NCBI GenBank assembly: GCA_002841395.1
Contig: PGZM01000002.1
Span: 68,201 to 132,200 of the forward strand
DNA: 64,000 nt
From: Firmicutes bacterium HGW-Firmicutes-9
GTDB taxonomy: Bacteria > Bacillota > Clostridia > Christensenellales > CAG-138
Reading direction: 5' to 3'
This document shows, piece by piece, positions 9,721 to 16,247 of this stretch. Position 1 is the first letter of the stretch, and every line of letters starts with the position of its first letter. The translations under genes were made by a program, and so were the position numbers. Below the pieces are notes generated by a model. That model searched no databases. It was not told the origin of the DNA and worked only from the letters and a program-made list of their open reading frames with translations.

Positions 9721-10665
9721 ATGTCGATTGAACGCGTCAGGGCATATTTTCGCATCATGAATCTGGAAGAGCGGGTCTGGGAGTTTGACACGAGCTCCGC
9801 AACGGTCGAGCTCGCGGCGCAGACGCTGCAGGTGCGTCCGGCGCGCATTGCAAAGACGCTCTCGTTCGCGTTGGGCGAAGGCTGTGTGCTCGTCGTCGCC
9901 GCGGGTGACGCGCGCGTCGACAACCGCAAATTCAAGGATCAGTTTGCGACCAAAGCAAAGATGCTCTCGCCCGAAGAGGTGCAGCATTTCACCGGATGCG
10001 AAATCGGTGGCGTATGCCCGTTTGATCTGCCGGAGGCAACACCCGTCTATCTCGATGTCTCGTTGAAACGCTTCGTGACCGTGTTTCCTGCCTGCGGCAG
10101 CACAAACAGCGCGATGGAAGTCACCTGCGACGAGCTGTATCGCTACAGCCGCGCGGCAGGTTGGGTCGATGTCTGCAAGGATTGGGAAGAGGGTGACGAT
10201 CTCCGCATCAACGATGTGCCGGACGCAGATATGCCGATGCCGTCGGATGGCGAGATCACGCTGCGCATCGCTTCCGTCAATGCGGCGGACGAGACAAAGG
10301 GCTTTGTTCCCGCTTATAAGTTTCAAATCGTGCGCCTCAGCGACGACGCTGTGGTCGGCGAAACCGACCTGCGGCTTGGGTATGTTCGAAATCTCTATTT
10401 CGGCGGCAACATCGGCTATGCGGTCAAAGAACCGTATCGCGGCAACGGTTATGCCGGGAAAGCCTGTAAACTCGTGTTCGAGATCGCCCGCAAGCACGGT
10501 ATGTCGTATGTGATCATCTCCTGTCGCGCGGATAATCTGCCTTCGCGCAGAACGCTGGTAAAGCTCAACGGAACGCTGCTGGAAACGCGTGTCCCCGCAA
10601 GCTATAGCTCGCTCTACCGCATCGGTGAGCGAGACCCGCATTGCTATTTTCGGTTTGATCTGTGA
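9721..10665 (+). CDS. Fusion protein: YbaK/EbsC-type aminoacyl-tRNA deacylase-like domain + GNAT N-acetyltransferase domain
   Basis: 314 aa. Residues 1-155 look YbaK-like (IAKTLSF...VVAAGDARVDNRKFK...GGVCPF...FPACGS). Residues from about 175 to the end look GNAT-like (acetyl-CoA loop YRGNGYAGKA). Confidence 0.8.
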   Translation: MSIERVRAYFRIMNLEERVWEFDTSSATVELAAQTLQVRPARIAKTLSFALGEGCVLVVAAGDARVDNRKFKDQFATKAKMLSPEEVQHFTGCEIGGVCPFDLPEATPVYLDVSLKRFVTVFPACGSTNSAMEVTCDELYRYSRAAGWVDVCKDWEEGDDLRINDVPDADMPMPSDGEITLRIASVNAADETKGFVPAYKFQIVRLSDDAVVGETDLRLGYVRNLYFGGNIGYAVKEPYRGNGYAGKACKLVFEIARKHGMSYVIISCRADNLPSRRTLVKLNGTLLETRVPASYSSLYRIGERDPHCYFRFDL

Positions 10666-10750
10666 TAGTAATATTGATAGAGAGCAAAATGCTAGCTCTA
10701 CATTCTTACAACTTTTTTTATTATAATTTTTAAATATCATAATGTGTAAC

Positions 10751-10797
10751 ACTGGTATCGGATACCCGGAAAGAGGAAACCGATGCCAGTTTTTTTG
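10751..10797 (+). terminator. Intrinsic terminator (or attenuator) between the YbaK-GNAT gene and the hydrolase gene
   Basis: 11-bp stem ACTGGTATCGG / CCGATGCCAGT (one G-U pair), 18-nt loop, T7 tail. Confidence 0.7.
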
Positions 10798-10898
10798 TTT
10801 ACATTAAATAGAAAAGCCAAACAATCTTCATCGGAAAAGTCCAAATCGCCTCTTGTAAATGCATCCTTCGGGAAGGATTGCAGCAACGGAGGCAACGC

Positions 10899-11780
10899 AT
10901 GATCCAGAATCGAATGCTGCGCTTCGGCAGCACGGGCGAGGATGTATTGCGCGTCAAGCTCCGCCTGTTCTCGCTTGGGTGCTATGCGCCGCACATCACC
11001 GCAATCAGCACCAGCCGCTTTGGCAGCGACACGCGAAACGCTGTGTTGAACTTTCAGGCAAAAAACGCACTCGTTGCGGACGGCATCGTCGGCCCTATCA
11101 CATGGAGCGCATTGTTCCCGGAAGATGCAGCACTTGCACCGCAGCCGCGCGGCGAGATCCCCGCGAACATCGGCGAAACGGCGGCGGGGTTGATTGCCTC
11201 AGCGCTGGAAGGCGCAAGTGATCGCCGACGCGAGATCGTGCTCGACGCGTTGCAGTTTGCCTATGACCCCGCTCTGCCGCGCGACTATCCGACGAGTCTC
11301 TACATCCGTGGCGGCAACCTGTATAACACGGATTTGTCGCCGAACGTGATTACGCTTGCCCGCATCCGATCCGGCGCGCTGCGTCAACCAGAATACTATG
11401 ACGGCGGACGGCAGGAGATGATGGAGGCGGCTGTCATGGAAAACCCCGCGATCACCGGTGCAGACTGCTCCGGCGGCGTTGTTGGATTGCTGCGTCATGC
11501 GGGCGTGGTGAAGCCCGGCTTTGATCTCGCCGCAAACGGTTTTGCCGCGAGCAAGTCAATGCGAAAAATCGAGGAGAGCGAGCTTCTGCCGGCGGATCTG
11601 TTGCACAAGTCGGGGCACATCGGCATCTATGTCGGCGGCGGCTATGCCGCGGAATGGATGGGCGGGGCATACGGCTGCCAACTCACGCGCGTCAATGCGC
11701 GGCGCGGCTGGAACTTCGTCAAGCACAAAGAGGATCGTTTTGGCGCGTGGACCACGTTTCTGCGTCCGAAATGGTATTAG
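10899..11780 (+). CDS. Peptidoglycan-binding (PG_binding_1) + NlpC/P60-like cysteine peptidase cell-wall hydrolase, no signal peptide
   Basis: ORF 10878.. trimmed to the ATG at 10899, which sits 6 nt after GGAGG. N-terminal PG-binding repeat (GSDTRNAVLNFQAKNALVADGIVGPITWSAL). C-terminal ADCSGGVVGLL...HIGIYVG Cys/His pair. No N-terminal hydrophobic signal. Confidence 0.8.
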   Translation: MIQNRMLRFGSTGEDVLRVKLRLFSLGCYAPHITAISTSRFGSDTRNAVLNFQAKNALVADGIVGPITWSALFPEDAALAPQPRGEIPANIGETAAGLIASALEGASDRRREIVLDALQFAYDPALPRDYPTSLYIRGGNLYNTDLSPNVITLARIRSGALRQPEYYDGGRQEMMEAAVMENPAITGADCSGGVVGLLRHAGVVKPGFDLAANGFAASKSMRKIEESELLPADLLHKSGHIGIYVGGGYAAEWMGGAYGCQLTRVNARRGWNFVKHKEDRFGAWTTFLRPKWY

Positions 11781-11791
11781 GAGGAACGACT

Positions 11792-12043
11792 ATGCAGCAA
11801 TGGGATGTCGTCGGTGTGATCGCAACGCTCGTGGCCTTGTTTGCCGCGATCGTGGCGCCGATGATCAAACTCACACAAGCGATCTCGCGGCTGACGACGG
11901 CGATGGAGCATCTGGAAAAGAACACGAATTGCCTCGCCGCCAGCAACAGCAATGCGCATGACCGCATTTGGGAAAACGTCCGCGAGCATGCGCATCAGAT
12001 CAACGATCATGAGGCGCGAATCCGCGTGATGGAAGAAACCTGA
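11792..12043 (+). CDS. Small holin-like membrane protein (N-terminal TM + coiled-coil tail)
   Basis: 83 aa, taken from the internal ATG 7 nt after AGGAGGA. It starts 12 nt after the hydrolase stop. One TM (VVGVIATLVALFAAIVAPMI) and a charged helical tail, an architecture like BhlA/UviB-type holin-like peptides. Confidence 0.55.
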   Translation: MQQWDVVGVIATLVALFAAIVAPMIKLTQAISRLTTAMEHLEKNTNCLAASNSNAHDRIWENVREHAHQINDHEARIRVMEET

Positions 12044-12073
12044 CAACAAACAAATCATAGAAGGAGAAACGAT

Positions 12074-12475
12074 ATGGAACTACTTTTCAACTACGGCTTA
12101 CAGGTGGCGGCGACGCTGTTGATTACCCTCATCGGCGTGCTCGGCACGTACTTAACCATGCAGCTCGGCAAAAACGCCAATTTGAAGAACATCAACGACG
12201 CGCAAAAGGAACTGATCCGTGCCGCGAAGATCACTGTTGGCGAACTGCAACAGACGATGGTATCGCAGCTCAAAGCCGCAAACAGCGACGGGAAGCTCAC
12301 CCCGCAGGAGATTGCGTCTCTGCGCGCAAAGCTGCTAGACAAAACGGTGGAGAAGCTCTCCGCGCCCGCCTATGCACTGCTTTCCGCGGCATCGGTGGAC
12401 ATCGAAGGCTTGATTCTCGGCGTTGGCGAAAGCTGGATCGAGCGCATTAAACAGCAGTCCGCAATCGCACAATAA
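12074..12475 (+). CDS. Phage holin, LL-H-family-like
   Basis: 133 aa with an AAGGAG RBS. One N-terminal TM, then a long helical region ending in WIERIKQQ. The overall pattern matches Holin_LLH proteins as I remember them. Confidence 0.6.
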   Translation: MELLFNYGLQVAATLLITLIGVLGTYLTMQLGKNANLKNINDAQKELIRAAKITVGELQQTMVSQLKAANSDGKLTPQEIASLRAKLLDKTVEKLSAPAYALLSAASVDIEGLILGVGESWIERIKQQSAIAQ

Positions 12476-12489
12476 ACAAATAAGCAAAG

Positions 12490-12517
12490 ACGCGCCGCCC
12501 TATCACGGGCGGCGCGT
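12490..12517. terminator. GC-rich hairpin between convergent genes (holin-like + / PPTase -)
   Basis: ACGCGCCGCCC-TATCAC-GGGCGGCGCGT. The T-tract is only modest on the minus strand. Confidence 0.5.
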
Positions 12518-12539
12518 TCGTACAAAACAACTCAAATTA

Positions 12540-13169
12540 TCAAAATTCTTTCAGGACGACCGAATCCGCGACCGTCTCCTCCAGCGCGCAAACGCTCAAA
12601 CAATAATCCGGAAACGCGGGAATCCGCGTGAAGCGATAGTTTGTCTCGCCGATAAACTTCGCGTTGTGCTCGCCTTCGGGCAGCACCGCAAAACTCGCGG
12701 GAGAGACGGAAAATCCGGTTCCTTCCGCTTTGAGATAGCTTTCTTTGAGCGTCCAGATGCGGAAAAAGTCCCGCTCCGGTTCGATAGAATTCGCCAGATA
12801 CTCCCGCTCAATCGGGTGAAAAAACCGCTCGGAGATGCGCCGCCAGTCGATCGGGCGAAAGCGCTCCAGATCGACCCCGACCGGCTGCGCGGATAGCGCG
12901 AGCACGGCATAGTCGCCCGCATGCGTGATGTTAAACGGTGTGTGATCCGCCAGATGCGGCTTGCCGCGGCGTCCGCGCTCAAAGCGGGAATGGCGTGTTT
13001 GTTCACCGAAGACCGCGTACAGAAGAAGCCCCGCGGCGAGCGTTAATAGCGCGCTGCGAGAGTCGCCAAAGGAACGCACGCGCGCTTGCCGCTCTGCGTC
13101 CAGCAGGGCGATCAGCTCCTCTGCGCGCGGCGCGATTTGATGAATATTCGCTGCAAACAATTCGACCAA
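12540..13169 (-). CDS. 4'-phosphopantetheinyl transferase, Sfp type
   Basis: 209 aa. FNITHAGDYAVLA, VGVDLE and WTLKESYLKAEGTG motifs. The start is apparently TTG, 7 nt after AGAGGA. Confidence 0.85.
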   Translation of the reverse strand: MVELFAANIHQIAPRAEELIALLDAERQARVRSFGDSRSALLTLAAGLLLYAVFGEQTRHSRFERGRRGKPHLADHTPFNITHAGDYAVLALSAQPVGVDLERFRPIDWRRISERFFHPIEREYLANSIEPERDFFRIWTLKESYLKAEGTGFSVSPASFAVLPEGEHNAKFIGETNYRFTRIPAFPDYCLSVCALEETVADSVVLKEF

Positions 13170-13204
13170 AGATAAGTCCTCTTACATGAATTTTATTGAC
13201 GCAA

Positions 13205-14566
13205 TCACGATCGCAATACGGTTTTCGTTCTCCATTTACCGCCGCGATAGCGAAAGAAGAAGAACACGGAGCGCACGACCCAATCGATCATCATACAGTA
13301 CCATACGCCCTCCAACCCGAAGTGGAACTGCTTGACGAGCAGCCAGCTCAGTCCGAAGCGTACGATCCACATCGTAGCCGCCGAGACGATCATGGTGTAT
13401 TTCGCATCGCCCGCGGCACGCAGCACATTCGGGAACGCAAACGACACCGGCCAGACAAGGCAGCAGGCAATCGCAAGCGGCGGCAATACTTTGCCGGCGA
13501 TATCAAGCGCCTGTTCGCTCAGGGAGAAGATGGCCAGCACCTGTCTGCCAAAGAATAAAATCGGCAGGTTGACCGCGGCCATCGTCAGATACGTAATCAA
13601 CAAAAGTTTTTTTGCATAACGCGTTGCCTGCGCGTAATCTCCCGCGCCGACACATTGACCAACAACGGTCAAAATCGCAAGGCTCATGCCCATGCCGGGC
13701 ACGATGGTGATGTTGAAGATGCTGCCGATGATCGCGTTTGCCGCAATGGCGGAGGTGCCGAGCCACGCAACCAGCGTCTGAACAAGAAGCTTTCCGAAAT
13801 TGAACATACCGTTCTCCAGACCGTTCGGCACGCCGATGGAGAGGATGCTCGCGGTCATGTTCTTTTCAAAGCGGATCGGGAAGAGATTTCGCAGGTAGAT
13901 GACGTTGCTCTTGCTGCGAATCAACAGTATCATCAACGCCGCCGCGACGAGGCGCGCGGTCGCCGTCGCGATGCTGACGCCAAGCACGCCCAGGTGCAGC
14001 CCGTAGAGAAACATCGCGTTGAGCGAAATGTTGACCACGTTCATCACCAGCGAGACATACAGCGAAATGCGGGAGTTTCCCATCGCGCGGAACAGCGCGG
14101 CACAGCTGTTATAGACCGCGAGAAACGGAATCGAGATTGCGCTGAAGATCAGGTAAATTCGCGCGCTCTCGGCAACGTTTGTCTCCACCGCGCCGAAGAT
14201 CAGCCGGATAAAAAAACGCGGGGCGCAGAGCAATACCGCGCCGACCGCGAGAGAGAAGATCACCGTGATGTAGAGGAGCTGGCGCGCGGAGGTGCGCGCA
14301 TTTTCCGGCTCCTGCCGTCCGATATACTGTGCGCAGACGACGGCGCCGCCGGTGCAGAGCGCGGAAAGAATGCTGATGATTAATATATTGAGTGTATCGA
14401 CCAGCGACACACCGGAAACAGCAGCCTCGCCGACCGAAGTTATCATCACGACCGCAGCAAGACCGACCGTCATGGCCAGCAACTGCTCCAGTATGAGGGG
14501 AATAATGAGCTGCCGCAGCGCCTTGTTCGAAAACATCGGGCTTGCGACAGCAGATTTCACTTCCAT
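13205..14566 (-). CDS. MATE family efflux transporter
   Basis: 453 aa with 12 TM segments and a typical MATE N-terminus (LRQLIIPLILEQLL). The exact start is uncertain: ATG at 14566 or ATG at 14536. Confidence 0.9.
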   Translation of the reverse strand: MEVKSAVASPMFSNKALRQLIIPLILEQLLAMTVGLAAVVMITSVGEAAVSGVSLVDTLNILIISILSALCTGGAVVCAQYIGRQEPENARTSARQLLYITVIFSLAVGAVLLCAPRFFIRLIFGAVETNVAESARIYLIFSAISIPFLAVYNSCAALFRAMGNSRISLYVSLVMNVVNISLNAMFLYGLHLGVLGVSIATATARLVAAALMILLIRSKSNVIYLRNLFPIRFEKNMTASILSIGVPNGLENGMFNFGKLLVQTLVAWLGTSAIAANAIIGSIFNITIVPGMGMSLAILTVVGQCVGAGDYAQATRYAKKLLLITYLTMAAVNLPILFFGRQVLAIFSLSEQALDIAGKVLPPLAIACCLVWPVSFAFPNVLRAAGDAKYTMIVSAATMWIVRFGLSWLLVKQFHFGLEGVWYCMMIDWVVRSVFFFFRYRGGKWRTKTVLRS

Positions 14567-14701
14567 AATTGATGCGTTTCCAATAATCCTGTAATTGCCC
14601 GAAACTATTCAGGAGGAGCACGTGAGATTGATACCTGCAAGTATCTGCAATTGATGCATTTCCATTAATCCTGTAATTGCCCGAAATTCTTCAGGCGGAG
14701 C
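14567..14701. repeat. Two imperfect 53-bp direct repeats (period 82 bp) filling the darA-MATE intergenic leader
   Basis: Copy 1 is 14567-14619 and copy 2 is 14649-14701: AATTGATGC(G/A)TTTCCA(A/T)TAATCCTGTAATTGCCCGAAA(C/T)T(A/C)TTCAGG(A/C)GGAGC. Confidence 0.8.
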
Positions 14702-14709
14702 GGGGTAGG

Positions 14710-15036
14710 CTAGTACTTGTATGTGTCTGCTACGTCGAGCACGAATACGGTCGCGCCGCCGACGGTGACGCTCATCGGCATCGCTGCGCTGTCGATGTTG
14801 TGCGGTATGCCGGAAGCCGGCACGGTGACGACGGTTCTGCGCCGCGAGTACTCGTTGATGATGGAAAGCGTCTCCTCGAGGCGGTCTGCTTCCACGCCAA
14901 TCATGAGGGTGGAGTTGCCGCCGCGCAGGAAGCCGCCGGTGCTCGCGATGCGGGTGACGCTGATGTTTTTCTCAATCAGCGCATAGGTCAGCGATTTCTG
15001 ATCGTCGTTTTGTACGATTGCAAAGAGAAGTTTCAT
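14710..15036 (-). CDS. darA: Cyclic-di-AMP receptor protein (PII-like, DarA/PstA/YaaQ family)
   Basis: 108 aa: MKLLFAIVQNDD...VTRIASTGGFLRGGNSTLMIGVE. GGAGGGA RBS. Confidence 0.85.
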   Translation of the reverse strand: MKLLFAIVQNDDQKSLTYALIEKNISVTRIASTGGFLRGGNSTLMIGVEADRLEETLSIINEYSRRRTVVTVPASGIPHNIDSAAMPMSVTVGGATVFVLDVADTYKY

Positions 15037-15331
15037 CTGTTGTTCCCTCCTATCGTTACACAGGAATTGTGCAGCCGTTTTTGAATCTATCTATAGTATA
15101 TCACAGCAAAGTGCCGCCGAAAACAGCAGATCGGGATTCCGTGTCGGTATCGCGCGAAAGAAACAAAATCGGAGATGAATTGTATGATGATCAACAGAAC
15201 ATCTATGAATCGTAGAGAATGTTTTACGTTTGAACGGTTGAATTTTTGCGTTATCTGTGAGAACATAGAACGCGTGAGAAACAAGCATTCCTGCGTGCAA
15301 CTGTGCGCGCAGATCGATATGGAGGCACACT

Positions 15332-15616
15332 GTGACGACACAGGGGATTGAACGATTTTTAGATGAAGAGGGCAGGCTGAAGCAATGGCCCGCAAAACAT
15401 GGGCCGCGCGAAGAGGTGTTTGCCTATCTTGCGCAAAAGTTTGAGTTGGGTCGGGATTATTCGGAGCACGAGGTCAACGATATTCTCTCTACCTGGCATA
15501 CGTTTGGCGACCTGTTCATCCTCCGCAGGGGATTGATCGAGAGCGAGTGGCTTCTTCGCATGCGCGACGGCAGCCGTTATTGGAGAAACCCGGAGAAGAA
15601 GGAGACCGCCGAATGA
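15332..15616 (+). CDS. DUF2087 domain protein
   Basis: 94 aa with a GTG start 6 nt after GGAGG. LKQWPAK...YSEHEVNDIL...D...LRRGLIE pattern. The stop overlaps the next gene's ATG (ATGA). Confidence 0.65.
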   Translation: MTTQGIERFLDEEGRLKQWPAKHGPREEVFAYLAQKFELGRDYSEHEVNDILSTWHTFGDLFILRRGLIESEWLLRMRDGSRYWRNPEKKETAE

Positions 15617-16176
15617 CGACCTTACCCAACGGATACCGTGAAGTGCGCCGCGTTGACCTGATGCGAAATCGCAAGGAAGCGATTCTGATCAACCTGCTTG
15701 CGCTTGTGATTGCGGCGGGCGTAGCGGCGCTTGGCTTTGTGTTTTGTCCGCCGTTTTTCGAGGTGGAAATTGGCATACATTCCATCGTCAATATGATTCT
15801 GATGATGGTGGGCATCGTCGTTTACATGATCCTGCACGAGATCATCCACGGCGTATTCATGAAGGCATTTTCCGGCCTCAAACCGCGCTACGGCTTCACG
15901 GGACTCTACGCCTACGCGGGCAGTGATGCGCTCTTTAACCGCAGGCAATATCTAATCATCGCGTTTGCGCCCGTGGTCATACTCGGCATCATTCTCGCCG
16001 TGCTGACCGTTGCGTTTTACGAAACCGCGTTTTGGACGCTCTATCTCATCCAGATTGTGAATCTCTCTGGCGCGGCGGGGGACTTCTACGTCGGGTTCTT
16101 GATTGCGCGATCCAACAACGATGTTCTTGTGCGCGACACGGGAACGGATATGGCGTTTTATTCCGGACGCGTGTAG
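15613..16176 (+). CDS. DUF3267-like membrane protein with HExxH (putative zincin metallopeptidase)
   Basis: ORF 15547.. trimmed to the ATG at 15613 (MTTLPNGYREV). HEIIHG motif within or next to a TM segment, and 4-5 TM segments in total. Confidence 0.7.
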   Translation: MTTLPNGYREVRRVDLMRNRKEAILINLLALVIAAGVAALGFVFCPPFFEVEIGIHSIVNMILMMVGIVVYMILHEIIHGVFMKAFSGLKPRYGFTGLYAYAGSDALFNRRQYLIIAFAPVVILGIILAVLTVAFYETAFWTLYLIQIVNLSGAAGDFYVGFLIARSNNDVLVRDTGTDMAFYSGRV

Positions 16177-16202
16177 CGACAGACTACCAAGATTCTAACA
16201 AA

Positions 16203-16235
16203 CAAAGAGCGCACCCGATCAGGTGCGCTCTTTTG
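16203..16235. terminator. Bidirectional intrinsic terminator
   Basis: AGAGCGCACC-CGATCA-GGTGCGCTCT followed by TTTT. It lies between convergent genes. Confidence 0.75.
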
Positions 16236-16247
16236 CATGATTGCTTC

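Noticed and set aside
10737-10994. 85-aa minus-strand ORF across the hydrolase gene start.
   Set aside because: It overlaps the terminator hairpin and the RBS/start of a well-supported plus-strand gene, and it has no RBS or recognisable family features.
9721-12475. Calling this region a prophage.
   Set aside because: Only lysis-type genes are present. There is no integrase, repressor/antirepressor, terminase, portal, capsid or tail gene nearby, and the composition looks host-like. I describe it as an orphan cassette.
14567-14701. Possible CRISPR array or tandem guanidine-II/other small riboswitch in the MATE leader repeats (and likewise the repeats at 60568-60645).
   Set aside because: There are only two copies, the intervening sequence is short, and there are no cas genes, so this is not a CRISPR array. 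The conserved hairpin loops are UAGU/GAAU rather than ACGR, and I see no other known aptamer core. I kept it only as an unexplained repeat.
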